Assembly: GCA_963752475.1 (NCBI GenBank)
Contig: CAVVYR010000007.1
Coordinates: 160,001-224,000 of the forward strand
Source: an uncultured Chloroflexia bacterium
GTDB taxonomy: Bacteria > Chloroflexota > Limnocylindria > Limnocylindrales > CSP1-4
Reading direction: 5' to 3'
DNA: 64,000 bases
Both the position numbers and the translations under genes were made by a program. Of this stretch, positions 40,199-52,745 are shown piece after piece; the first letter of the stretch is position 1; the number at the start of each line of letters is the position of its first letter. The notes below the pieces were generated by a model that did not search any database, was not told the DNA's origin, and worked only from the letters and a program-made list of their open reading frames with translations.

Positions 40199-41425
40199 GT
40201 GACGTCCACACCAGTCGGTACCGGACCGCCCCCGACCGACCAGCCAGGCGGCTGGCGCGGGTTCTGGACCCCGAAGCGAGCTCGGCTCGGCCTGTTCACG
40301 GCCATCCTGCTCGCGTGGCTGCTCGCCCTCGGCATGCCCTCGAGCGGGTGGTTCGACTTCACGGCCTTCTACGCTGCCGGCGGGCTGGCCTTCAGCGCCG
40401 ACGTCGTCGATCTCGAGGCCATCAACCAGTTCCAGGTCGACAACGGTCTGGATGTGGGGCCCTGGGTCTATCCCGCCGGCGTGGCCGTGCTCTACGCGCC
40501 ATTCGCGGCCCTGCCCTACGACGCGGCCGGGGCCCTGCACTTCTCGCTCATGCTCGGCTTGCTGCTGCTGGCTGCCGCAGCGTGGGCCACGGTCAGCTCC
40601 CTGCCGCGACGCTGGCTGTTCGTCGGTGCCCTGGCCTGGGGCCCCGCAGCCCTGGGCGTGATCGGCGGACAGAACACGTCCCTGGCCCTACTGCTCGTGG
40701 TCATCACAGCCTGGGCCCTGGTCCACGAGCGCGATGGCGTTTCGGGCGTGGCTTCGGGCCTGCTTGCGTACAAGCCACAGCTCGCCGCGCCGCTGGTCGG
40801 CCTCCTGCTCCTGCGTGGCCGCTGGCCGGCCGTGTTCCTCGCGGCCGTGGTCGTCGTCTTCCACTGGTTGCTGGGCGTCGTAGCGACCGGCGGCCAGCTC
40901 GACTGGCCGGTGACCTGGCTGAGCAACGTCGAGGCCTACCAGGAGGCTGACTTCCTGGCCAACGGCTGGAAGGCCATCAGCTTGCCCTCGTTCGGGCGAC
41001 AGCTCGAGCATGTCACGGGGTTGCCCGGGTTGATGGTGCTCGGGTACGTCCTCGCTGCCGTCATCGTCATCGCCTGTATCCCGGCGCTCCGTCGCCTGCC
41101 GCCGGTCGAGGCCGTCGCACTAGCCGCCACGTGTGGCCTGATCATCAGCCCACACGCGTGGGCCTACGACGGTGCGCTGCTGCTGCCGGCCGTGGCCGTC
41201 TTCGCGGCCCGGGCCGCAGCCCGCGGCTGGCGCTGGCAGGATCGCTGGTGGTTGGCGTCGGCCTACGCGATCGCCGTGGCTTGGCCGCTGACGATGGCGT
41301 TCGGGTTCACGCTGATCCCGGTGGTCATCCTGGCCGCCATCCCAGCGTTGCTCGAGCGTGGGCCCTTCCGCGTCGCGGAGCTGCCTGCTGCGCCTGCTGC
41401 CGGTGCGGGGGCGGCGCGAGCCTAG
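40199..41425 (+). CDS. GT87 (DUF2029) membrane glycosyltransferase
   Basis: DFTAFYAAG, YP, GQNT, YKPQ, SPHAWAYD; many TM segments. Confidence 0.85.
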   Translation: MTSTPVGTGPPPTDQPGGWRGFWTPKRARLGLFTAILLAWLLALGMPSSGWFDFTAFYAAGGLAFSADVVDLEAINQFQVDNGLDVGPWVYPAGVAVLYAPFAALPYDAAGALHFSLMLGLLLLAAAAWATVSSLPRRWLFVGALAWGPAALGVIGGQNTSLALLLVVITAWALVHERDGVSGVASGLLAYKPQLAAPLVGLLLLRGRWPAVFLAAVVVVFHWLLGVVATGGQLDWPVTWLSNVEAYQEADFLANGWKAISLPSFGRQLEHVTGLPGLMVLGYVLAAVIVIACIPALRRLPPVEAVALAATCGLIISPHAWAYDGALLLPAVAVFAARAAARGWRWQDRWWLASAYAIAVAWPLTMAFGFTLIPVVILAAIPALLERGPFRVAELPAAPAAGAGAARA

Positions 41426-42894
41426 GGCTGAGCGATCTCCCCCTCGGCGGTCGCCTGGGCTACCGCCTCAGGGATGAGCTCCTGCACCGAGCCGAGGTAC
41501 TTCTCGATGGCGTGAGCTGCGCGCTTGCCATCGCCCATGGCCAGGATGACCGTGGCCGCACCGCGCACGATGTCGCCGCCGGCGAAGATGCCCGGCACCG
41601 AGGTCATGCCGTCCTCGTCCACGATGAGGTAGCCCCACTCGTTGATCTTGAGGTCCGGCTCGGACGAGGTCAGCATGGGGTTGCTGCGTGTGCCGATGGC
41701 GACCACGACCATGTCGCAGTCGAGGACGTACTCGGAGTCGGGGATGGCCGTGGGCCGGCGTCGGCCGGAGTCGTCCGCCTCGCCCAGTTCCATCATCTGG
41801 CATTCGATGCCGCTGACCCAGCCTTCGTCGTTGCCGAGGATGCGGGTCGGCGAGGCCATCAGCTCGAACTTGACGCCCTCTTCCTCCGCGTGGTGGACCT
41901 CCTCCGCGCGGGCAGGTAACTCGTCCTTGCCCCGGCGGTAGGCGATGATGGCCTCCTTGGCGCCCATCCGGCGGGCGGTGCGGACCGCGTCCATGGCCAC
42001 GTTGCCGCCACCGACCACGACCACCTTCTGGCCCTGCAGTACCGGCGTATCGGTGTCCTCGCGGAAGGCGCCCATGAGGTTGACGCGCGTGAGGTACTCG
42101 TTGGCCGAGTAGACGCCCTTGAGCTCCTCGCCCGGGATGTTCATGAAGACCGGCAGGCCGGCGCCGACGGCAATGAAGACGGCATCGTAGTTCTGGCGTA
42201 GCTCGCGCAGCGTCCAGGTCTTGCCCACGATGGCGTTGACCTCGATGGTCACGCCCAGGTCCTTGAGCCGGTCGACCTCCTTCTGCACGATGTCCTTGGG
42301 CAGGCGGAACTCTGGGATGCCGTAGATGAGCACGCCACCGGGCGCATGGAAGGCCTCGAAGATGGTGACCTTGTGGCCGCTCTTGGCCAGCTCGCCCGCG
42401 GCGGTCAGGCCGGCGGGGCCGGAGCCGACGATGGCCACCCGGTGGCCGGTATCGGGATCGACGTTGGTCTTGAGCTCATCGAGATGATCCTGGGCCCAGT
42501 CGGCCACGAAGCGCTCGAGAGCGCCCACGGCCACGGGCTCGCCCTTCTTGGCCCTGATGCACAGACCCTCGCACTGGGTCTCCTGCGGACAGACGCGGCC
42601 GGTGACGCAGGGGAGGGCGTTGTCGTCGAGGAGCGACTCGGCCGCGAGGTGAAGGTCACCTTCGGCCAGGTGTGTGATGAACTTGGGGATGTTGACGCGG
42701 ACGGGGCAGCCATCGAGGCAGCGCGGGTTGCGGCAGTCGAGGCAACGCTCCGCCTCCTCCATGGCCAGGGCCTGGGAGTAGCCCAGGCTGACCTCGTTGA
42801 AGTCCATCGAGCGGATGACCGCCGAACGGGCGGGTACGTCATGGCGCTCGATCTGCATCCGTTCCTTGGGGGAGAGGTCGGGACGCTCGGTCAT
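41422..42894 (-). CDS. NfnB/SudA-type large subunit (glutamate-synthase small-chain-like flavo-Fe-S protein)
   Basis: RCLDC...C...CP, GRVCPQETQCE, GSGPAGL, YGIPEFRLPK, GGGNVAMD. Confidence 0.92.
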   Translation of the reverse strand: MTERPDLSPKERMQIERHDVPARSAVIRSMDFNEVSLGYSQALAMEEAERCLDCRNPRCLDGCPVRVNIPKFITHLAEGDLHLAAESLLDDNALPCVTGRVCPQETQCEGLCIRAKKGEPVAVGALERFVADWAQDHLDELKTNVDPDTGHRVAIVGSGPAGLTAAGELAKSGHKVTIFEAFHAPGGVLIYGIPEFRLPKDIVQKEVDRLKDLGVTIEVNAIVGKTWTLRELRQNYDAVFIAVGAGLPVFMNIPGEELKGVYSANEYLTRVNLMGAFREDTDTPVLQGQKVVVVGGGNVAMDAVRTARRMGAKEAIIAYRRGKDELPARAEEVHHAEEEGVKFELMASPTRILGNDEGWVSGIECQMMELGEADDSGRRRPTAIPDSEYVLDCDMVVVAIGTRSNPMLTSSEPDLKINEWGYLIVDEDGMTSVPGIFAGGDIVRGAATVILAMGDGKRAAHAIEKYLGSVQELIPEAVAQATAEGEIAQP

Positions 42895-43751
42895 CGCGGT
42901 GTGTCTCCTCCGGCGGCCTCGGCAAGTCCGGCGATCATGCAGGTGCCGACCTCGTAGGCGTCCTTCTCGACCTCGCGATACATCGCCAGGCGGTCGCTCA
43001 GTTGCCTGAAGTCGACCTGGTGGGCGTCGAACTCAGGGCCCTCCACGCAGGCGTAGACGGTCTTGCCGCCGACGCTCACGCGGCAGCCGCCGCACATGCC
43101 CGTGCCGTCGACCATGATCGCGTTCAGCGAGACCGTGGTGGGCACGTCGTATTCCTTGGTCACGCTGGCCACAGCGCCCATCATCGGCACCGGGCCCACG
43201 GCGTAGACGTGGTCGACGCCGCCCTCCTCGAGCATGTCGCGCAGCTCGTCGGTGACGAACCCGTGGCGCCCGTACGAACCGTCGTCGGTACACACGCGCA
43301 CGTCGCCGTAGCGCTTGAGCTGGTCCTCGAAGATGACCCACTCCTTGGCCCGGCCGCCGATGATGCTGGTGACCTGCGCACCGTTCTGTGCGAGGCCCTG
43401 GGCCAGGGGGTGGACGACCGCGGTGCCCACACCGCCACCGACACAGACGGCGTGGCCGCTCTCGATGAGCTCCGTGGCTTCACCCAGCGGCCCGGCCACG
43501 TCCTGGATGGCGTCGCCTTCCTGGAGCATGCACAGGTCACAACTGGTCTTGCCCACGGCCTGGATGGTGAGGGTGATGGTGCCGGCCTCCGGGTCGGCGT
43601 CCGCGATGGTGAGGGGCACGCGCTCGGCACCGTCGCCGATGCGGACGATGACGAACTGGCCGGGTCGTCGCACCTGGGCGATGCGGCTGGCCTCGATCTC
43701 GAGGCGTGTGACGTTGGGGGAGAGGACCTCCCGCTTCACGACTGGGTGCAT
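42891..43751 (-). CDS. NfnA/SudB-type small subunit (FAD/NAD, 2Fe-2S)
   Basis: PGQFVIVR, ERVPLTIAD, GPVPMM, MVDGTGMCGGCR...CVEGPEF. Confidence 0.92.
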   Translation of the reverse strand: MHPVVKREVLSPNVTRLEIEASRIAQVRRPGQFVIVRIGDGAERVPLTIADADPEAGTITLTIQAVGKTSCDLCMLQEGDAIQDVAGPLGEATELIESGHAVCVGGGVGTAVVHPLAQGLAQNGAQVTSIIGGRAKEWVIFEDQLKRYGDVRVCTDDGSYGRHGFVTDELRDMLEEGGVDHVYAVGPVPMMGAVASVTKEYDVPTTVSLNAIMVDGTGMCGGCRVSVGGKTVYACVEGPEFDAHQVDFRQLSDRLAMYREVEKDAYEVGTCMIAGLAEAAGGDTPR

Positions 43752-43874
43752 GGGACCTCTGCGGCTGGGGGCGCTATCGACGCGCCCTCATCATGACCGA
43801 CTGCGAGTCAATGTGCACCAGCATGCGCACCATTCTCGAGGTGCCGAAGATCACGGGCCTGACGTCTGGGTGGA

Positions 43875-44675
43875 CTAGGCCGTGGGCTTCTTGCCCTTGG
43901 GCCAGTAGAGTTCCTTCTTCACGTGCGTCTCGGGATAGCCACAGGCGGTCAGGACCTCCTCGGCGTTGAGGATCATCTCGGGGTTGCCGCAGAGATAGGC
44001 CACGGTGTCCGTCGGATCGAGACCCTGCTCCCTGCACACGTCGCGGACGACGGCCTCGGCACGGCCGGTGTGGCCGGTCCAGCCCTTGTTGCGCTCCTCC
44101 TGGGGGCGCGAGACGGTGGGCACATAGGTCATGGGGTAGGTGCCGTCGCGCTCCAGGCCCTCGAGCCAATCGCGGTAGCCCAGCTCATCCTGGTAGCTGC
44201 AGCCATGGATCATGATCGTCCTGCGCGGCGTGCCCTCGTGCATGAGGTGCTGGATCATGGCGATGAAGGGGGCGATGCCGGTGCCGGTCGAGATAAGCAC
44301 GTGCGTTCGATCGTCGTCGGGCTGGAGCATGAAGCGGCCCTTGGGCCCGATCATGCGCATCTTCTGCCCAACGGGCAGTCGCCACAGCAGCGTGGTGAAT
44401 CGCAGGATCGGCACCAAGCGCACGTAGAACTCAAAGCCCTGCTCGCCGGTGTCCGCCGGCGCCGAGGCTACCGAGTACGGCCGCTGGTAGAGCTTGTCGT
44501 CGGCGTAGACCCCGATGGTCATGTATTGGCCGGGCTCGAAGTCGGGCATGGGGCCGTCAGTGCGGACCCAGAACCGGGCCAGCGAGTCGTTGTCGTCTTC
44601 GCGCTTCACCAGCGTGGCGTTGTACTTCTCCGCCGTAGGCTCGATGACGCGCGTGTCACGGAGTTGGTCGGTCAT
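43875..44675 (-). CDS. Ferredoxin/flavodoxin--NADP+ reductase (FPR family)
   Basis: FEPGQY, RPYSVAS, STGTGIAPF, YLCGNPEMI. Confidence 0.88.
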   Translation of the reverse strand: MTDQLRDTRVIEPTAEKYNATLVKREDDNDSLARFWVRTDGPMPDFEPGQYMTIGVYADDKLYQRPYSVASAPADTGEQGFEFYVRLVPILRFTTLLWRLPVGQKMRMIGPKGRFMLQPDDDRTHVLISTGTGIAPFIAMIQHLMHEGTPRRTIMIHGCSYQDELGYRDWLEGLERDGTYPMTYVPTVSRPQEERNKGWTGHTGRAEAVVRDVCREQGLDPTDTVAYLCGNPEMILNAEEVLTACGYPETHVKKELYWPKGKKPTA

Positions 44676-44739
44676 GACCCTGAGTGTACGGGCCTCGGGC
44701 CGAACAGGGGGCGCGCCCGGGTGGCGCCCCGGTAACCGT

Positions 44740-45060
44740 GTGTGCGTGCGCGGCCGCGATGGCTCCCAGGATGACCTCGTTGAAGGTGGAGGCCTCGCAG
44801 TACTGCGCCCGATGAGCGAGCACGATGCCGCCGCCCTGGGCCACGACGAACTCGCCCGGCAACTGCCACATCTGGTCTACCAGCGCCCGTTCGGTGCCGC
44901 GGCACGAGGCCGTCCAACCCTGGACCGTCTGAGTGTCACCGGGCTTCCAGGGAATCCCCGGTGATGGTCGCGGGCACGTCCTCGGGCACGTCCTCGGGCA
45001 GTCCCAAGGCCCGACAGGCGGTCAGCTCCGGGTCGCCCGGCAGAGTCGGATCGGGCCGAG
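44740..45060 (-). pseudogene. Remnant of an AhpC/TSA peroxiredoxin-like gene (C-terminal part)
   Basis: Across a frameshift near 44953 reads GDPELTACRALGL...PWKPGD...GTERALVDQMWQLPGEFVV...VLAHRAQYCE; no N-terminus. Confidence 0.5.
44971..45000. repeat. 12-bp tandem duplication
   Basis: CGGGCACGTCCT x2 plus CGGGCA. Confidence 0.75.
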
Positions 45061-45264
45061 TCGGTCATCGGCGGGCTCCGTGTCGCATGCGTGGGGCCGC
45101 CGAGTCCACCGGATCCGCCTGCCGCTGTGGCCAGCCGGACCGTGCCACGGGGGGCCTAATGGCAGTGGTAAGTCTTGGGCGGTCGTCTATCATTCGGGTT
45201 GTCCAGATACCGACGCTGCGGTCCCCCATGCCCGCCAGCCCCAATCTCTGAGGTTTCTCTGTCT

Positions 45265-48009
<2,745 letters not shown>

Positions 48010-48020
48010 CTCCACTACTC

Positions 48021-48057
48021 GAAGAGGCCCGGTCGCGAGGAGTGACCGGGCCTCTTC
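48021..48057 (+). terminator. Hairpin after ppdK
   Basis: GAAGAGGCCCGGTC...GACCGGGCCTCTTC, 14 perfect bp. Confidence 0.7.
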
Positions 48058-48297
48058 TGATTCCGGCGCACGGGTACACGGGAGTCTCGATCCTGGGGAC
48101 GGGGAGCAGGGGAACGGGAGCGCCACCATCCGGTCTGCCGGTTCCGGCTGATCGCACTCGTGATCGGTCGAGTTGCCCCACCCATCGCAACACCCCGGCC
48201 ACATTCCGCTGGGCCGGCGAGTGTCGTGAGCGTGCAAGCGGACGATTCCTTCGCATCGCGTACACTATTGCTAAGTCGCTAGGTATAAGAAACGCCC

Positions 48298-48780
48298 GTG
48301 TCCCCAAGACAACCCCTCGAGGAAGAGATCCTCGAACTGTTCCATGCGCTCATGCGCGACATCGCCGAGTCCCACGCACCCGAGTTCATGGGCGTGGACA
48401 TCACGATGTCGCAGGCCAAGGCGCTCTACCTTCTGTCCGTGCGTCCAGGCGCGACGATGTCGTCGATCGCGGCCGAGCTCGGCGTCGGAGCCTCAGCGGT
48501 CAGCGGTCTTGTCGATCGCCTCGTGGCCCAGGGCTCCGTCGAACGCCAGGAGGACCCAGCGGATCGACGCCAGCAGCTGGTGACCATCACCGACGCCGGC
48601 ACGGCCACGCTCGACCGCATGCGCGAGATGCGCGCCCAGGTCACCCTCCGCCTGCTCAAGGGCCTCGACGATGACGAGCTCGAGGCCTTCCGCACCAGTC
48701 TCATCGCCCTCGATCGTGAGGTCCAGCGCCTCGACTCGGTCGACGCCTCCGACACCCGACCCGAAAGGACCGCCCAATGA
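48298..48780 (+). CDS. MarR-family transcriptional regulator (copy 1)
   Basis: ITMSQ...SGLVDRLV..G.VER...DRRQQLVTIT..G. Confidence 0.92.
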   Translation: MSPRQPLEEEILELFHALMRDIAESHAPEFMGVDITMSQAKALYLLSVRPGATMSSIAAELGVGASAVSGLVDRLVAQGSVERQEDPADRRQQLVTITDAGTATLDRMREMRAQVTLRLLKGLDDDELEAFRTSLIALDREVQRLDSVDASDTRPERTAQ

Positions 48781-51700
48781 TCCGCCTGACCCAGTTCGCC
48801 GTGAAGGAGAAGAGCGTCATCATCCTCCTTGCGGTGGGTGTGCTTCTCGCCGGCCTCTTCAGCTGGAACTCGCTGCGTCAGGAGCTCCTGCCGGACATCG
48901 AGTTCCCCTTCGTGACCATCATCACGCCGGTGCCCGGCGCGGGCGCCGAGGACGTGGCCGTGCAGGTCACAGAGCCGGTCGAGCAGGCCATCAGCAACAT
49001 CCCGCGACTACAGACGGTGACCTCGACCTCGGGTAGCTCGCTCTCGCTGGTCTTCGCGGAGTTCGACTTCGGGACCGATCTCAAGGAGACCCTGACCGAG
49101 GTGGAGCAGGCTGTGCGTCAGCTCGATCTGCCCGACGGCAGCGAGCCGCAGGTCAGCAGCTTCGACTTCAACAGCCAGCCCATCGTCGTCGCCACCGTCG
49201 GCCCCATCGAGGGCGCCGATCCCACCGAAGCCGCGGAGATCGCCCGCAACGAGGTCGTACCCGCTGTTCAGGGCATCGACGGCGTCTCCACGGTCGACCT
49301 CACCGGCGGCCCCACGCCCATCCTGGACATCGTGCTCGACCCGGCCGCCATGGCCGAGACCGGCATCGCCCTGCAGCAGGTACAGGGTCTGCTCTTCGCC
49401 AACCAGATCACCTTGCCTTCGGGCGCCATCGACGAAGGTGGCTTGCGGCTGCCCGTCAGCACGTTCCACGAGTTCGATTCCGTCGAGTCGCTCGAGAGCC
49501 TCATCGTGGGCGCTCGCACCCCCGACGTCGGTGACGCTGCCGCTGCGGTGGCTGCTCCCGATCAGGCCGAGCTCCCCGCGGAAGGGGAAGCCCCTGCGGG
49601 CGAGGATGCAGACGGGCTCTTCGACTTCGGTGGCCTGACCGACGCCCTGGCCCGGATCCCGCAGCCGGTGACGCTCGGCGAGATCGCCACCATCGAGCAG
49701 CAGGATGTCCAGGTCTCCGGCTACGCCCGCACCAACGGCCAGCCCAGCCTTACGCTCAGCGTGACCAAGCAGTCGGGCGGCAACACGGTGCAGGTGGCCT
49801 CCGACGTGGAGGCGGCCTTCGACGAGGCCCTCGAGTCCTACGGGGACGTCATCGCCATCAACGTCATCCAGAACCAGGCCATCTTCATCGAGGAGTCCAC
49901 GGCCGGTCTGGTGCAGGAGGGCCTGCTGGGAGCGCTCTTCGCGGTGCTCGTCATCTACACCTTCCTGCGCAGCGCCCGCACCACGCTCGTGGCCGCGGTC
50001 AGCATCCCGCTCTCGATCTTCCTGGCCATCGCCATCTTCGGCGTAGCAGGTCTGACCATCAACATCCTCACGCTCGGCGGCCTCGCCGTGGCCGTCGGCA
50101 GAGTGGTCGATGACTCCATCGTCGTGCTCGAGAACATCTATCGCCATCGCGGACTGGGTGATTCGGTGCACGACTCGGTCATCGTCGGCACGAAGGAAGT
50201 GGCGGGGGCCATCACCAGCTCGACCATCACCACGGCCGCCGTGTTCCTGCCCATCGGCTTCGTCGGCGGCATCGTGAGCCAGTTCTTCCTGCCCTTCGGC
50301 CTGGCCGTGGCCTTCGCTCTGCTGGCCTCGCTGCTGGTGGCCCTGACGGTCATCCCGGTGCTGGCCTACTGGTTCGTGGACAAGGTCGACCTCGAGTTCG
50401 ACGAGACCGGCGAGCCCAAGATGACGATCTGGCAGCGGCTCTACACGCCGGTGCTCATCGTGGCCCTGCGCAACCGCCTGACCAAGTGGGGCACGCTCGT
50501 CGTCGCCGGCGTCCTCTTCTTCATCGCCCTCGGCCTGGCCCCGCTGCTGCCGACGAGCTTCGTCGATGCCGGTGGCGAGAACTTCCTGACCATCACCGTT
50601 ACGCCACCACAGGGCTCCTCGACCGCCGGCGTGCAGGACAAGACCCTCGAGGCCGAGGACATCCTCCTCGCGCGCGACGATGTCGAGCTGCTCCAGTCGA
50701 CCATCCCCGGCGAGGCCGACACCGGCGCCCAGGCGCTGCAGTCGGCCTTCAGCGGTCGTGCCTCCAACAGTGCCGTCATCACCGTCCGCCTCGACGATGA
50801 GGCAGACCTCGAAGTCAGCCGCGAGGAGATCAAGGCCGATCTTGAGCCCATCAACACCGATGGCTTCGATGTGTCCGTGACCGAGCAGGATGCCTTCGGC
50901 GGCGGCAGTGCTCTCCAGATCATCGTCAGCGGACAAGACGCCGTGGAGATCGAACAGGCCGCGAGCGCCATCGTGACCGAGCTCGAGACGATGGAGGATC
51001 TCGACAACGTCGAGTCCGACGCGGTCTCCGAGACCCCGCAGGTGGCGGTCATCGTCGACCCCAACAAGGCCGCCCTCATCGGCTCGTCCACGGCCCAGAT
51101 CGGGACCCAGATCCGCGAGGTGCTCGTGGGTCAGCCCATCGGCAACTACGCGCTCGAGGATGGTCGCGTCGTGACCACCATCCTGCGTGTCTCCGACGCG
51201 GGCGTCGACGGCGTCGAGGGCCTGCGCGCCATGCCCGTCAGCGGCATGGCGGGCACTTCCACGCTGGGTGAAGTGGCCCAGGTCGAGCAGGTCGAGGTGC
51301 GTGGCACGGTCACGCGCGTCGACGGCTCACCGGCTGCCACGGTCTCCGCCGACGTACTCACGCAGGACCTCGCGGGTGTCTCGCAGGAGGCAGCCGACAA
51401 GGTCGATGAACTCGAGGCAGCGGGTGAGGTCCCCCAGTCGGTGGAGGTCACCTTCTCCGGTGCTACCGCCGAGCAGGCGGAGGCTTTCGAGGGCCTGTTC
51501 CTCTCGATGGGCGTGGCCGTCCTCGTGGTCTACATCGTGATGGTGCTGGCCCTGGGCTCGCTCATCACGCCCTTCATCATCCTCTTCAGCCTGCCGTTGG
51601 CCATCATCGGCGCCATCCCGGCGCTGTTGGTCTCGGGCAACCCACTGGGCATCAGCGCCCTGATCGGCTTCCTCATGCTCATCGGGATCGTGGTCACCAA

Positions 51701-52070
51701 CGCCATCGTGTTGCTGGACTTCGTGGAGCAACTGAAGCGCAAGGGTCACTCAGACTACGATGCGCTCGTACGCGGCGCGAACACCCGTGTGCGGCCGATC
51801 CTCATGACCGCCATCGCCACGATCCTGGCGCTCACGCCGGTCGCGATCGGCTTCGCCCATGGCTCGATCATCGCGGAGGAGTTGGCTACGGTCGTCATCG
51901 GCGGCCTCTTCAGCTCGACCTTCCTCACGCTGATGGTCATCCCCGTCATCTACTCACTCGTCGATGGCGGGAAGGATGGCTTCCGCCAGCGCTTCATGAG
52001 TAGCGGCTCTGACGAGGATGCGCCGCCCGAGGCACCGGACACACCGGCTCCGGCTCCCGCCGAGGGCTGA
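48777..52070 (+). CDS. RND (AcrB/SwrC-like) efflux permease, copy 1
   Basis: RVVDDSIVVLENI, GIVVTNAIVLLDFV, RVRPILMTA; 1097 aa. Confidence 0.95.
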   Translation: MIRLTQFAVKEKSVIILLAVGVLLAGLFSWNSLRQELLPDIEFPFVTIITPVPGAGAEDVAVQVTEPVEQAISNIPRLQTVTSTSGSSLSLVFAEFDFGTDLKETLTEVEQAVRQLDLPDGSEPQVSSFDFNSQPIVVATVGPIEGADPTEAAEIARNEVVPAVQGIDGVSTVDLTGGPTPILDIVLDPAAMAETGIALQQVQGLLFANQITLPSGAIDEGGLRLPVSTFHEFDSVESLESLIVGARTPDVGDAAAAVAAPDQAELPAEGEAPAGEDADGLFDFGGLTDALARIPQPVTLGEIATIEQQDVQVSGYARTNGQPSLTLSVTKQSGGNTVQVASDVEAAFDEALESYGDVIAINVIQNQAIFIEESTAGLVQEGLLGALFAVLVIYTFLRSARTTLVAAVSIPLSIFLAIAIFGVAGLTINILTLGGLAVAVGRVVDDSIVVLENIYRHRGLGDSVHDSVIVGTKEVAGAITSSTITTAAVFLPIGFVGGIVSQFFLPFGLAVAFALLASLLVALTVIPVLAYWFVDKVDLEFDETGEPKMTIWQRLYTPVLIVALRNRLTKWGTLVVAGVLFFIALGLAPLLPTSFVDAGGENFLTITVTPPQGSSTAGVQDKTLEAEDILLARDDVELLQSTIPGEADTGAQALQSAFSGRASNSAVITVRLDDEADLEVSREEIKADLEPINTDGFDVSVTEQDAFGGGSALQIIVSGQDAVEIEQAASAIVTELETMEDLDNVESDAVSETPQVAVIVDPNKAALIGSSTAQIGTQIREVLVGQPIGNYALEDGRVVTTILRVSDAGVDGVEGLRAMPVSGMAGTSTLGEVAQVEQVEVRGTVTRVDGSPAATVSADVLTQDLAGVSQEAADKVDELEAAGEVPQSVEVTFSGATAEQAEAFEGLFLSMGVAVLVVYIVMVLALGSLITPFIILFSLPLAIIGAIPALLVSGNPLGISALIGFLMLIGIVVTNAIVLLDFVEQLKRKGHSDYDALVRGANTRVRPILMTAIATILALTPVAIGFAHGSIIAEELATVVIGGLFSSTFLTLMVIPVIYSLVDGGKDGFRQRFMSSGSDEDAPPEAPDTPAPAPAEG

Positions 52071-52098
52071 GCCCCGACCCCACGACCCGACGCACGAC

Positions 52099-52130
52099 GA
52101 AGACCCGGTCGCGAAAGCGGCCGGGTCTTC
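52099..52130 (+). terminator. Hairpin after RND copy 1
   Basis: GAAGACCCGGTCGC-GAAA-GCGGCCGGGTCTTC. Confidence 0.7.
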
Positions 52131-52193
52131 TGGTACCTGCGGCACCCCCGAGAAGGGACCACTGGCCCGGCCCGGTTTCGTTCGCCTGCGCGG

Positions 52194-52250
52194 TACCATT
52201 CGGTACATGCGAACTATTCGTGCAGCCAAAACCGTGCGCGCCACGAGAAC
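52194..52250 (+). promoter_or_regulatory. -10 box and probable MarR operator array
   Basis: TACCAT 52194-99; TTCG-N7-CGAA palindrome 52199-213 with degenerate copies at 18-bp period. Confidence 0.5.
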
Positions 52251-52256
52251 CGACTG

Positions 52257-52745
52257 GTGAGCGAGGCCTCGGCCGGCGATCTCCGCCGCGACATCCTCCA
52301 GAGTTTCGAGCTGCTCATGCAGCACGTCGCCCGTTGGCGGCAGGTCGACCTCGCCGACGTCGAGGTCACGATGCCCCAGGCCCGCTGCCTCATGTTCCTG
52401 GCCATCAAACCCTCGATCTCCATATCCGCCCTCGCGGCCCACCTGCGCATCGGCCTCCCCGCCGCCAGCGGCCTCGTCGAGCGCCTCGTGGAAGCCGGCC
52501 ACGTCGAACGCAACCCGGACGCCGATGACCGACGCCAGCAGCTCGTGACCCTAACCGAGCAGGGCCAGGCGCTCGTCGACCGGTTCCACGAGCTGCCCTC
52601 GGAGAAGTTCGGCGTGCTCATCGCTGGCTTGACCGTCAAGGAGCTCCACGGCCTCCGCCTCGGCGTCGCGGCCATCGAGCGCGAGGCCCGCCGCATCGCT
52701 GATGAAGGGCCCCAGCCCACCAGCCCCGAAAGGACCCCTGCATGA
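52257..52745 (+). CDS. MarR-family transcriptional regulator (copy 2)
   Basis: VTMPQ...SGLVERLVEAG.VER...DRRQQLVTLT..G. Confidence 0.92.
   Translation: MSEASAGDLRRDILQSFELLMQHVARWRQVDLADVEVTMPQARCLMFLAIKPSISISALAAHLRIGLPAASGLVERLVEAGHVERNPDADDRRQQLVTLTEQGQALVDRFHELPSEKFGVLIAGLTVKELHGLRLGVAAIEREARRIADEGPQPTSPERTPA

Noticed and set aside
41422-42894. True glutamate synthase
   Set aside because: No large GltB subunit adjacent; pairing with a SudB/NfnA subunit points to Nfn
43812-43829. Rex operator before nfnA
   Set aside because: Spacing (TGTG-N10-CGCA) does not match the TTGTGAA-N4-TTCACAA consensus
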